Shown: positions 5,649 to 13,918 of the stretch, piece by piece
Layout: every line of letters starts with the position of its first letter
How positions within the stretch are numbered: position 1 is the stretch's first letter
Virus record (IMG/VR): IMGVR_UViG_3300028965_000026
DNA: 26,162 nt
Direction: 5' to 3' (one strand)
Source: a virus
Lineage: Duplodnaviria > Heunggongvirae > Uroviricota > Caudoviricetes
Notes under the pieces: model-generated
What the model saw: only the letters and a program-made list of their open reading frames with translations
What the model was told of the DNA's origin: nothing
Database searches by the model: none
Program-made: the position numbers and the translations under genes

Positions 5649-7536
5649 TATGATGATCGCCGTCACAACCGCATTGCAGCCACTGATAAGGGCACTGCCG
5701 GTGACGCCAGTTGAATGGGCTGATCAAAATTATTATCTGCCTAAAGAGTCGTCATATGTTGATGGAGAATGGAAGACCCTGCCGTTTCAGGTTGCCATCA
5801 TGAACAGCATGGGAAATGACCGGATCCGTACTGTTAATCTGATTAAATCGGCGCGTGTGGGTTACACCAAAATGCTGCTGGGCGTGGTTGGGTATTTTAT
5901 TGAGCATAAATCCCGTAACAGCCTGCTCTTCCAGCCGACAGATTCTGCAGCTGAAGATTTCATGAAAGCGCATGTGGAGGCTACGCTGCGGGATGTCCCC
6001 TGCCTTAAAGCGTTATCGCCATGGCTGGGAAGAAAGCACCGTGATAATACACTCACCCTGAAGCGTTTTTCCTCCGGCGTGGGGTTCTGGTGCCTGGGCG
6101 GTGCCGCAGCTAAAAACTACCGTGAAAAATCTGTGGATGTGGTCTGCTATGACGAACTCTCCTCGTTTGAACCGGATGTGGAAAAAGAAGGCTCGCCGAC
6201 GCTGCTTGGCGATAAACGTATCGAAGGCTCGGTATGGCCTAAATCCATACGCGGCTCAACGCCAAAAATCAAAGGTTCCTGTCAGATTGAGAAAGCCGCG
6301 AATGAATCTGCGCATTTCATGCGGTTTTATGTCCCTTGCCCTCATTGCGGGGAGGTCCAGTATCTGAAGTTTGGCGATGATGCGACGCCGTTTGGCCTGA
6401 AATGGGAGAAGGGTAAACCGGAAACGGTGTATTACCTGTGTGAACATAATGGCTGTGTGATCCGGCAGTCGGAACTTGACCAGACCGACGGACGCTGGAT
6501 TTGTGACAATACCGGGATGTGGACGCGCGACGGCCTGGCATTTTACAGCGCCGGTGATGAGGAGATGCCGCCACCGCGCTCAATCACGTACCACGTGTGG
6601 ACAGCGTACAGTCCGTTCACCACCTGGGTACAGATTGTTTATGACTGGCTGGATGCGCTGAAGGATCCGAACGGTGTCAAGACGTTTATTAACACCACGC
6701 TCGGGGAGCCCTATGAAGAGGCCGTGGCAGAAAAACTGAGCTTTGAGCTGTTGCTGGAAAAAGTCTGCCACTATGGCGCGCAGGTTCCCCTGCGGGTGGT
6801 TTACCTGACCGCCGGGATCGACTCCCAGAAAGATCGCTATGAAATTTATGTGTGGGGCTGGGCTCCCGGCGAAGAAGCCTTTCTGATTGATAAGCAAATT
6901 ATCATGGGGCGACCGGAAGACGAGGACACCCTTAAACGTGTTGATACGGTGATCCGGAAAAAATATCGTCATGCTGACGGTACTGAAATTTCCATTTCCC
7001 GTGTCTGCTGGGATACCGGTGGTATCGACCAGGACATTGTGTATCAGCGTTCCAGGAAACACGGCACTTTTTTTGTGCTTCCCATAAAAGGGGCATCGGT
7101 GTACGGCAAGCCGGTGATCACCATGCCCAAAAAGCGCAACCAGCGTGGTGTGTTTTTGTGTGAGGTGGGCTCCGATACCGTCAAGGAAATGCTGTACGCC
7201 CGTTTTGCCCTGCCGGTGGTATCTGCCAGTGAAGCCGCCCCGTATACCTTCCGTTTTCCGGATAACCCCGACATTTTTTCGGAAGAAGAGGCGCGTCAGA
7301 TCGTGGCGGAAGAGCTGGTGGAGAAGGTGGTTAATGGCAGGGTGAAACTGCTGTGGGATAAAAAAGGGCGACGCAACGAAGCCCTCGACTGCCTGGTATA
7401 TGCCTATGCTGCCCTGCGTATTTCAGTTCAGCGGTGGCAGCTGGATCTTGAAGCACTGGCCCGTGCCAGAAGAGATGAGCAGGACGACGATGAGATGAGT
7501 CTGGAAGAAATCGCGGCTGCACTGAGTGGAGGATAA
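5620..7536 (+). CDS. A: Terminase large subunit (lambda gpA-like)
   Basis: 638 aa, collinear with lambda gpA as recalled (VEWADQNYYLPKES, KNYREKSVDV, GSVWPKSIRGSTPK, MRFYVPCPHCGE, WTAYSPFTTWVQIV, SRVCWDTGGID, RNEALDCLVYAYAALRIS). Confidence 0.95.
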   Translation: MNISELQLNNMMIAVTTALQPLIRALPVTPVEWADQNYYLPKESSYVDGEWKTLPFQVAIMNSMGNDRIRTVNLIKSARVGYTKMLLGVVGYFIEHKSRNSLLFQPTDSAAEDFMKAHVEATLRDVPCLKALSPWLGRKHRDNTLTLKRFSSGVGFWCLGGAAAKNYREKSVDVVCYDELSSFEPDVEKEGSPTLLGDKRIEGSVWPKSIRGSTPKIKGSCQIEKAANESAHFMRFYVPCPHCGEVQYLKFGDDATPFGLKWEKGKPETVYYLCEHNGCVIRQSELDQTDGRWICDNTGMWTRDGLAFYSAGDEEMPPPRSITYHVWTAYSPFTTWVQIVYDWLDALKDPNGVKTFINTTLGEPYEEAVAEKLSFELLLEKVCHYGAQVPLRVVYLTAGIDSQKDRYEIYVWGWAPGEEAFLIDKQIIMGRPEDEDTLKRVDTVIRKKYRHADGTEISISRVCWDTGGIDQDIVYQRSRKHGTFFVLPIKGASVYGKPVITMPKKRNQRGVFLCEVGSDTVKEMLYARFALPVVSASEAAPYTFRFPDNPDIFSEEEARQIVAEELVEKVVNGRVKLLWDKKGRRNEALDCLVYAYAALRISVQRWQLDLEALARARRDEQDDDEMSLEEIAAALSGG

Positions 7537-7539
7537 AGA

Positions 7540-7749
7540 ATGGTTTATACGCATGAAATGCTTTGTGATGCCCGCCGGGCATTACATGAACTGATGATCG
7601 GACGTGCTGTGGTTTCCGTCAGCAAGGACGGGCGTCAGGTTCAGTATTCGCGGGCGACGATTGGTGAACTGCGTCAGTATATTGAAGAGCTGGAAAGTGC
7701 GCTGGGTGTATCCGGACGGCGTCGCGGCCCGGCAGGAGTGGGGCTGTGA
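7540..7749 (+). CDS. W: Head-tail joining / head completion protein (lambda gpW-like)
   Basis: 69 aa. ARRALHELMIGRAVVSVSKDGRQVQY ... RRRGPAG resembles lambda W ([27 protein letters not shown] ... RRRGPAG). Confidence 0.9.
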   Translation: MVYTHEMLCDARRALHELMIGRAVVSVSKDGRQVQYSRATIGELRQYIEELESALGVSGRRRGPAGVGL

Positions 7750-9317
7750 ACGGGGAACTGGTGGATCTTCACGGGCAGCCACTGCGGCAGAGTATGGGGT
7801 ATTCCGGAGGGGGTACCGGATTTGGCGGGCAGCTTGCGGAATGGCTGCCTGCACCGGAAAGTGCCGACGTGGCGCTCTTACCTTCCATTCAGCTGGGTAA
7901 CGCCCGTGCGGATGATCTGGTCCGCAATAACGGTATTGCCGCAAACGCCGTTGAAATTCATAAAGACCATATCGTCGGACACATGTTTCGTCTGAGTTAC
8001 CGGCCCAACTGGCGCTGGCTGGGGATGTCGGAAGCCGATTCACATGTCTTTATTGAAGATGTTGAGGCAGCGTGGATGGAATTCTGCGATCCGGTGTTTG
8101 GTTCGATGGATGTGGAGGGGCGTCGCTCGTTTACCGAATTTATTCGTGAAGGGGTGGGCGTTCATACATTTAACGGTGAAATTTTTGTCCAGCCCGTATG
8201 GGATACGGAATCCACGTCATTATTCCGGACGAAATTCAAGACCATCAGCCCGAAACGTGTCAGTACACCCGGTTATGGTACCGGCGATCGTTTTATGCGT
8301 GCCGGGGTGGAAATCAACCGGTACGGAAAAGCACTGGCCTACCATGTTCAGGACGATGACTGGCCCGGTTACGGTGTCAGCAACTGGACGCGGATTGCGG
8401 CGACGCTGCCCTCCGGGCGACCGGGAATGATCCATGTGTTTCAGCCGCAGGAGGACGGGCAGACGCGCGGGGCCAACCAGTTTTATTCTGTCATGGAGCG
8501 TCTCAAGATGCTCGACACACTGCAGGCCACGCAACTGCAGTCGGCGGTGGTGCGGGCGATGTATGCCGCGACGATTGAATCCACGCTGGATTCGGAAAAA
8601 GCATTTGAATATATCGCCGGGGTGGGAGATGGCGGTAAAAATCCCCTGAACACCATCATGAAAGGCTACGCGCGTTATTACGCCACCAATACGGTAAAGC
8701 TGGGCGGGGTCCGTATTCCGCATCTTTATCCGGGGGATTCACTGAATCTGCAGACAGCGCAGAATGCAGATAATGGTTTCTCTGAACTGGAAAAGGCGCT
8801 GTTACGTTACATCGCTGCCGGACTGGGGGTGTCCTATGAACAGCTTTCCCGTGATTATTCACAGGTCAGTTATTCCAGTGCCAGGGCATCCGCCAATGAG
8901 TCGTGGCGGTATTTTATGGGCAAACGAAAATTTGTGGCCAGCCGGCTGGCATCACAGATGTTTGCCTGCTGGCTGGAGGAAGCTCTTATTCGCGGTGTGA
9001 TCCGCCCGCCGAAATCCCGTTTTTCATTCTGGGAGGCCCGTTCCGGATGGTGTCGTGCCGAGTGGATTGGTGCCGGTCGCATGGCGATTGATGGCCTTAA
9101 GGAAGTGCAGGAAGCGGTGATGCGTATTGAAGGTGGCCTGAGCACGTACGAGAAAGAGCTGGCCCTGATGGGCGATGACTATCAGGAGATTTTCCGCCAG
9201 CAACTGCGTGAAAGCCAGGAGCGACAGGCGGCTGGTCTTCCCCGCCCCATCTGGATAAAGGACACGTTTCAGCAGCAGATCCGACAGACAACGGGAGAAA
9301 AAGGCGATGCGTCGTAA
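7746..9317 (+). CDS. B: Portal protein (lambda gpB-like)
   Basis: 523-aa ORF in the conserved position between W and the head protease. GTG start overlaps the W stop. Size and order match lambda B. Confidence 0.9.
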   Translation: MNGELVDLHGQPLRQSMGYSGGGTGFGGQLAEWLPAPESADVALLPSIQLGNARADDLVRNNGIAANAVEIHKDHIVGHMFRLSYRPNWRWLGMSEADSHVFIEDVEAAWMEFCDPVFGSMDVEGRRSFTEFIREGVGVHTFNGEIFVQPVWDTESTSLFRTKFKTISPKRVSTPGYGTGDRFMRAGVEINRYGKALAYHVQDDDWPGYGVSNWTRIAATLPSGRPGMIHVFQPQEDGQTRGANQFYSVMERLKMLDTLQATQLQSAVVRAMYAATIESTLDSEKAFEYIAGVGDGGKNPLNTIMKGYARYYATNTVKLGGVRIPHLYPGDSLNLQTAQNADNGFSELEKALLRYIAAGLGVSYEQLSRDYSQVSYSSARASANESWRYFMGKRKFVASRLASQMFACWLEEALIRGVIRPPKSRFSFWEARSGWCRAEWIGAGRMAIDGLKEVQEAVMRIEGGLSTYEKELALMGDDYQEIFRQQLRESQERQAAGLPRPIWIKDTFQQQIRQTTGEKGDAS

Positions 9318-10923
9318 TTTATCGCATATTGCCGCCATGGCATTTAATGAACCGCTTTTACTGGAACCCGCCTATGCGCGGGTTTTCTTTTGCGCGCTGG
9401 GTAAAGAGATAGGGGCCGGCAGCCTTGCCGTTCCTCAGCAGGCTGTTCAGCTTGATGCTGATGGAATGCAACTGGCTGTGACTGACTATATGGTGGGCGG
9501 TCAGCGTCCGGCAAAGAGTTACCAGGTGAAGAATGGCATCGCCATTCTGCCGGTGAGCGGCACGCTGGTGCATAAACTGGGTACCCTGCGGCCTTACTCC
9601 GGCATGACTGGCTATGACGGCCTGACGGCCCGCCTTCAGATGGCGGTGAATGATCCGGATGTGCGCGGCATTTTGCTGGATATCGACAGCCCGGGCGGTC
9701 AGGCTGCCGGGGCGTTTGACTGTGCTGACATGATTTACCGTCTGCGGGAACAGAAGCCCGTGTGGGCGCTGTGTAATGACATGGCCTGTTCAGCCGCCAT
9801 GTTGCTGGCGGCAGCCTGTACCCGTCGGCTGGTCACGCAGACGGCAAAAATTGGTTCGATTGGCGTGATGATGGCGCACGCCAGTTACGAGAAACAACTG
9901 GCACAGGAAGGGGTGGACATCACGCTGATTTACTCCGGGCAGCACAAGGTTGACGGCAACAGTATTCAGGCATTGCCGGCAGGTGTGCGTGCAGATTTTC
10001 AGCGCCGTATTGATGAGGCCCGCCGGATGTTTGTCGACAAGGTGGCGCTTTATACGGGGCTGAGTTCAGAGGCGGTGATGAATACCGAGGCTGCCGTTTA
10101 TGACGGTCAGGCAGGCATTGATGCAGGTCTGGCTGATCAACTGATTAATGCTGCAGATGCCGTTGAAGTGATGGTTTCTGCACTGAATGACTCTGTTACG
10201 AAGGAGAATGCAATGACTGTTAAAAATCTCACCGTTGCTGAAGCGGTGGCCCAGGAAAATCAGCGCGTGATGGGGATCCTGAATTGTCAGGAGGCGAAAG
10301 GGCGCGAGCAACTGGCGCAAATGCTGGCAGGTCAGCCTGGAATGACGGTTGAGCAGGCGAAAACGTTGCTGGCTGCTGCGCCGGTTGCCGGTACTGACAG
10401 CACGGGTGATCAGATTATGGCGCTGCCGGAAGCAAAAGGGCGTGAGCAACTGGCACAGATGCTGGCAGGTCAGCCGGGGATGACGGTGGCGCAGGCGAAA
10501 GCGTTTCTGGCGGCAGCCCCTGCTGCCGGTGCTGCAGGCACAGGCGATCAGATTATGGCGCTGCCGGAAGCAAAAGGGCGTGAACAACTCGCGCAGGCGC
10601 TGGCTGAACAGCCGGGAATGACCGTTGACCAGGCCAAAACGTTACTGGCGGCGGCACCGGTTGCGGGGTCTGCAAGTGTCGGCGATCAGATTATGGCGCT
10701 GCCGGAGGCGAAAGGGCGTGAGCAACTTGCACAGGCACTGACAGAACAACCTGGAATGACGGTGGCGCAGGCGAAAACGCTGCTGGCAGCCGCGCCGACG
10801 GCATCGCAACCGTCACAGGAAACACTTTTTGATCGCTTTATGGCACAGCATGTTGCCAGTGCGGTTTCCGGTGGCGGAACTGCCGGGCGCGGGGAGGAAG
10901 ACCTGCTGATGAGTATGCCGTAA
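9307..10923 (+). CDS. C: Head maturation protease (S49/ClpP-like, lambda gpC-like) fused in frame to a repeat-expanded scaffold domain
   Basis: N-terminus LSHIAAMAFNEPLLLEPAYARVFFCAL and SYQVKNGIAILPVSGTL ... LLDIDSPGG ... WALCNDMACSAA match lambda gpC as recalled. The C-terminal 230 aa contain about four tandem 46-aa repeats. Confidence 0.9.
   Translation: MRRNLSHIAAMAFNEPLLLEPAYARVFFCALGKEIGAGSLAVPQQAVQLDADGMQLAVTDYMVGGQRPAKSYQVKNGIAILPVSGTLVHKLGTLRPYSGMTGYDGLTARLQMAVNDPDVRGILLDIDSPGGQAAGAFDCADMIYRLREQKPVWALCNDMACSAAMLLAAACTRRLVTQTAKIGSIGVMMAHASYEKQLAQEGVDITLIYSGQHKVDGNSIQALPAGVRADFQRRIDEARRMFVDKVALYTGLSSEAVMNTEAAVYDGQAGIDAGLADQLINAADAVEVMVSALNDSVTKENAMTVKNLTVAEAVAQENQRVMGILNCQEAKGREQLAQMLAGQPGMTVEQAKTLLAAAPVAGTDSTGDQIMALPEAKGREQLAQMLAGQPGMTVAQAKAFLAAAPAAGAAGTGDQIMALPEAKGREQLAQALAEQPGMTVDQAKTLLAAAPVAGSASVGDQIMALPEAKGREQLAQALTEQPGMTVAQAKTLLAAAPTASQPSQETLFDRFMAQHVASAVSGGGTAGRGEEDLLMSMP
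10213..10923 (+). CDS. Candidate nested in-frame scaffolding protein (lambda Nu3 analogue) translated from an internal start
   Basis: AAGGAG at 10201-10206 followed 6 nt later by an in-frame ATG at 10213 (..KENAMTVKNL..). Lambda Nu3 is likewise encoded in frame within the 3' part of C. The product would consist almost entirely of the repeat region. Confidence 0.45.
   Translation: MTVKNLTVAEAVAQENQRVMGILNCQEAKGREQLAQMLAGQPGMTVEQAKTLLAAAPVAGTDSTGDQIMALPEAKGREQLAQMLAGQPGMTVAQAKAFLAAAPAAGAAGTGDQIMALPEAKGREQLAQALAEQPGMTVDQAKTLLAAAPVAGSASVGDQIMALPEAKGREQLAQALTEQPGMTVAQAKTLLAAAPTASQPSQETLFDRFMAQHVASAVSGGGTAGRGEEDLLMSMP
10283..10798 (+). repeat. Tandem direct repeat, 138-bp unit (46 codons), about 3.7 copies, inside the protease/scaffold gene
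   Basis: Anchor AAAGGGCG recurs at 10297, 10435, 10573 and 10711 (period exactly 138). Protein units read ALPEAKGREQLAQ(M/A)LA(G/E)QPGMTV(E/A/D)QAK(T/A)(L/F)LAAAP...GDQIM; the unit ends are near-identical at DNA level and the middles are diverged. Confidence 0.9.
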
Positions 10924-10961
10924 GCGATATCCGGAATTCAGATAAATCAGGAGACTGAAAA

Positions 10962-11297
10962 ATGATTAAAACCACCACGGAAAAGCGCGCGGATGTGCAC
11001 ATTTTTGCCGGAAGCGATCCGGCGCATACCGCAACAGCCACCAGTGGTATCAGTGCTGCCACGCCTGCACTGACGCCACTGATGCTGGATGACGCCACCG
11101 GTAAACTGGTGGCATGGGATGGTCAGAAAGCCGGAACGGCAGTGGGGGTGCTGGCTCTGGCGCTTACCGGAACAGAACCCACGCTGACGTACTACAAAAG
11201 CGGTACGTTTGCCACTGAGTCGCTGGTCTGGCCTGACTCTGTGGATGCGGTGAAAAAAGCCAACGCATTTGTGGGAAGTGCCATCAGCCACGCCTGA
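10962..11297 (+). CDS. D: Head decoration protein (lambda gpD-like)
   Basis: 111 aa. SDPAHTATA ... TPLMLD ... KLVAWDG ... [10 protein letters not shown] ... VGSAIS matches lambda D as recalled. AGGAG RBS. Confidence 0.9.
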   Translation: MIKTTTEKRADVHIFAGSDPAHTATATSGISAATPALTPLMLDDATGKLVAWDGQKAGTAVGVLALALTGTEPTLTYYKSGTFATESLVWPDSVDAVKKANAFVGSAISHA

Positions 11298-11320
11298 TGG
11301 TGAAGTGATTGACTGAAAAA

Positions 11321-11350
11321 ACGGGTCGCGATGCGGCCCGTTTGTGTTTC
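11321..11350 (+). terminator. Stable hairpin with U-rich tail between the decoration and major capsid genes (terminator or attenuator-like)
   Basis: ACGGGTCGC-GAT-GCGGCCCGT (9 bp with one G-U pair) followed by TTGTGTTTCTG. Confidence 0.35.
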
Positions 11351-11366
11351 TGAAGGAAAATAAATT

Positions 11367-12395
11367 ATGGGGTTATTTACCACGCGTCAGTTACTCGGGT
11401 ACACCGAGCAGAAAGTGAAATTTCGTGCGCTGTTTCTGGAGCTGTTCTTTCGTCGCACGATCACTTTCCATACTCAGGAAGTCATGCTGGATAAAATTAC
11501 CGGCAAAACACCGGTTGCGGCGTATGTGTCTCCGGTGGTGTCAGGCAAAGTGCTGCGCAGCCGTGGTGGTGAAACCCGCGTGTTACGTCCCGGTTATGTA
11601 AAACCCAAACACCGCTTTGATTATCAGCAGGCAGTGGAACGTCTTCCGGGGGAAGATCCGGCCCGTCTTAATGACCCGGCCTACCGCCGCCTGCGTATTC
11701 TGACGGACAACCTGAAGCAGGAAGAGCAGGCGATTGTGCAGGTGGAAGAAATGCAGGCGGTCAGTGCCGTTCTGCAGGGTAAGTACACCATGAGCGGGGA
11801 ACAGTTTGAGACGGTGGAAGTGGATTTTGGGCGCTCTGCCACCAATAACATTACTCAGGCTGGCGGCAACAGATGGTCACAGCAGAATGCTGACACCTTT
11901 GATCCAACGCACGATCTGGATGCGTACTGCGATTTTGCCTCCGGGACCATCAATATCGCGATTATGGATGGCACGGTCTGGCGTATGCTGAATGGCTTTA
12001 AGCTTTTCCGTGAAAAACTGGATACCCGTCGTGGTTCAAAATCGGAACTGGAAACCGCGCTGAAAGACCTGGGCTCCGTAGTCTCTTTTAAGGGTTATTA
12101 CGGTGATCTGGCTATTGTGGTGGCGAAAACCGCTTACGTCGATGAAAACGGGGATGAACAGCGTTATCTGCCGGAAGGCACACTGATTCTGGGGAACACT
12201 CAGGCGGAAGGCGTCCGTTGTTATGGTGCCATTCAGGATAATCAGGCACTGAGTGAAGGGATCACCTCTGCGATTCGTTATCCGAAACACTGGTTAGAGG
12301 TGGGGGACCCGGGGTGCGAGTATACCATGACGCAGTCTGCGCCGTTGATGGTGCTGCCGGATCCGGATGCGTTTGTGGTGGTTCAGGTGAAATAA
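11367..12395 (+). CDS. E: Major capsid protein (lambda gpE-like)
   Basis: 342 aa, collinear with lambda E as recalled (YVSPVVSGKVLRSRGG, PGYVKPKH, DPAYRRLRI, QVEEMQAVSAVLQGKYTMSGEQF, LDTRRGSKSELETA, YPKHW, MTQSAPLM). Confidence 0.95.
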   Translation: MGLFTTRQLLGYTEQKVKFRALFLELFFRRTITFHTQEVMLDKITGKTPVAAYVSPVVSGKVLRSRGGETRVLRPGYVKPKHRFDYQQAVERLPGEDPARLNDPAYRRLRILTDNLKQEEQAIVQVEEMQAVSAVLQGKYTMSGEQFETVEVDFGRSATNNITQAGGNRWSQQNADTFDPTHDLDAYCDFASGTINIAIMDGTVWRMLNGFKLFREKLDTRRGSKSELETALKDLGSVVSFKGYYGDLAIVVAKTAYVDENGDEQRYLPEGTLILGNTQAEGVRCYGAIQDNQALSEGITSAIRYPKHWLEVGDPGCEYTMTQSAPLMVLPDPDAFVVVQVK

Positions 12396-12400
12396 GGTCA

Positions 12401-12425
12401 GGCGGGATATTCCCGCCTTTTTCTT
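12401..12425 (+). terminator. Intrinsic terminator after the major capsid gene (GGCGGGA/TCCCGCC stem, T-rich tail)
   Basis: GGCGGGATATTCCCGCC followed by TTTTTCTTT, starting 6 nt after the capsid stop codon. Confidence 0.6.
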
Positions 12426-12445
12426 TAGCGCACGGGAGAGATGTG

Positions 12446-12811
12446 ATGACAAAAGAGCAGATGACTGAACGTTTGCAGGAACTGGCAGTGATTCTGGGGC
12501 GTGAAGCAGATATTTCAGGTTCAAAAGCCGATCTTGAGCAGCGCCTGGCGGAATGGGAAGAGGAGGCCGCCGGATTCGATGGGGAGGAGACAGGGAAGGA
12601 AGAGGTGGGCAACGATGCATCCGGCGACGGAATGCATTCTGAGCGGGGACTCGCCCGGGTGCGTATGCTGAAAACGGCGCATATGCCAGCCTGTGATGCT
12701 GTGACGGGAAAAATGTTGATGTTTGCCCGGGCCTCCAGTGTTGTGCTGGTTAATGAAGCCGCAGTTCCAGCGTTGCTGGCGGACGGTCTGGCAGAAAAAA
12801 TCCGGGAGTGA
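12446..12811 (+). CDS. DNA packaging protein (lambda FI-like)
   Basis: RBS GGGAGAG, ATG at 12446. MTKEQMTERL ... ERGLAR resembles lambda FI (MTKDELIARL ... ERGLAR) and the gene is in the FI position. The six-frame ORF from 12314 is an upstream extension. Confidence 0.7.
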   Translation: MTKEQMTERLQELAVILGREADISGSKADLEQRLAEWEEEAAGFDGEETGKEEVGNDASGDGMHSERGLARVRMLKTAHMPACDAVTGKMLMFARASSVVLVNEAAVPALLADGLAEKIRE

Positions 12812-13215
12812 TGATGTTAGATAATCTGTTCGATCAGGCCATGAGCGATGCGGATGACATCATCCTGGATACGATGGGGACGGAAATCAGCATATATCCG
12901 GACGGCACGGAAAGAAGAATCCGTGCCGTTTTTGATGCCCCGGCAGAAAACACCGGGATGAACACTGGCAGCGGCGAAATTCGTGATACTGCGCCCGTGT
13001 TATTTACCCGGAGCGCATGGGCCGCCGGTCTGAAAAAATATGACAGGGTCATGATCCACGGCGAACCCTATCAGGTAGTCGATCCCGGCTGGGGTGAGTC
13101 AGGCACTGTGGGTCAGGGGGTGATTACCATCACCCTTGCGCGTGGAGAGCCGGGGAGAAATACACCTGCTGCACCGGAACGACCGAGTAAACGTTATGGC
13201 AGTCAGAGAGCATGA
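12811..13215 (+). CDS. Head-tail connector protein (lambda FII-like)
   Basis: N-terminal LDNLFDQAMSDADDIILDTMGT resembles lambda FII (DFDNLFDAAIARADETIRGYMGT). Start is one of the tandem ATGs at 12811/12814, overlapping the FI stop. Confidence 0.7.
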   Translation: MMLDNLFDQAMSDADDIILDTMGTEISIYPDGTERRIRAVFDAPAENTGMNTGSGEIRDTAPVLFTRSAWAAGLKKYDRVMIHGEPYQVVDPGWGESGTVGQGVITITLARGEPGRNTPAAPERPSKRYGSQRA

Positions 13216-13918
13216 ACGAAGCAGTGCCCGGCAGCGACGGCTGGCACGAAACCTCGTCGTCGATATTGATGAAGATGAGGTGCTGAAAATTATCGCTAAA
13301 CTGGGTGGGTCAAAAAGTCAGATCCGTAAAGCCTGGGGCGTGGCGCTGAAAAGAGCCGCGTCTGCACTGCGGATGAAGGCTATGGCAGAGTTTAAAAAAC
13401 AGGTTGCCCCACGCAGTCAGAAAATGATCAAAAAGCGTGTTCTGCATAATTTTATCATTCGTCGTAACGGTGATGAGTTTGATGAGGCGAAGGTATGGTT
13501 CGGTCTGAATGCCATCAAAGTACGCGATCTGCGCGGACGCATCAGTGGGGGGCGACGCGGCGAACGCCATCAGTTGCGCGATGAGCGGGGGCGTTTTGCA
13601 CCAGCTTCCCGCCGCAGGAAGGCACGGGAGATCCGTTTTAAACCTGCAGGGGAATCCCTGCCTGTCACCACTTGGTCAACGGATGATGCCTTTATCAATC
13701 AGTTCGAAGCGGAAAATCGTAACGGACGTATATCAAAAAGGAAAACGATACTGATCCGACAGGCATCCGGACGACGGAGGGTGCGTGAAGCGGAAATTGA
13801 TATTTATGAAGCCATGCTGAACCGTATAGAGGATTTTGTTTTTCCGGATGCGGAAGCACTGATCCTGAAAAATTTTGAGCATGAACTGAAATTCCGGGTA
13901 TTTAAGGGGCTGGAGTGA
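13196..13918 (+). CDS. Hypothetical Arg-rich virion morphogenesis protein (possible head-tail adaptor or tail completion protein)
   Basis: 240-aa ORF between the FII-like gene and the baseplate genes; very basic (RRRKAREIRF..., GRRRVRE). Start is uncertain: ATG at 13196, or TTG at 13136 as in the six-frame track. Confidence 0.55.
   Translation: MAVREHERSSARQRRLARNLVVDIDEDEVLKIIAKLGGSKSQIRKAWGVALKRAASALRMKAMAEFKKQVAPRSQKMIKKRVLHNFIIRRNGDEFDEAKVWFGLNAIKVRDLRGRISGGRRGERHQLRDERGRFAPASRRRKAREIRFKPAGESLPVTTWSTDDAFINQFEAENRNGRISKRKTILIRQASGRRRVREAEIDIYEAMLNRIEDFVFPDAEALILKNFEHELKFRVFKGLE

Noticed and set aside
6580-7062. Minus-strand ORFs of 150-200 aa antisense to structural genes (6580-7062, 7582-8043, 8220-8723, 14492-15082, 18889-19434, 21054-21497)
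   Set aside because: Each lies entirely within a well-supported + strand gene, has no RBS context and a low-complexity or Arg/Cys/His-rich translation typical of antisense frames in GC-rich coding DNA.
10066-10587. 173-aa minus-strand ORF with internal repeats
   Set aside because: It is the antisense read-through of the 138-bp tandem repeats in the protease/scaffold gene; the repetition is inherited from the + strand coding repeat.
10283-10798. Possible CRISPR array suggested by regularly spaced repeats
   Set aside because: Units are 138 bp, contiguous with no spacers, in frame within a protein-coding gene and diverged in the middle; there are no cas genes. This is a coding tandem repeat.
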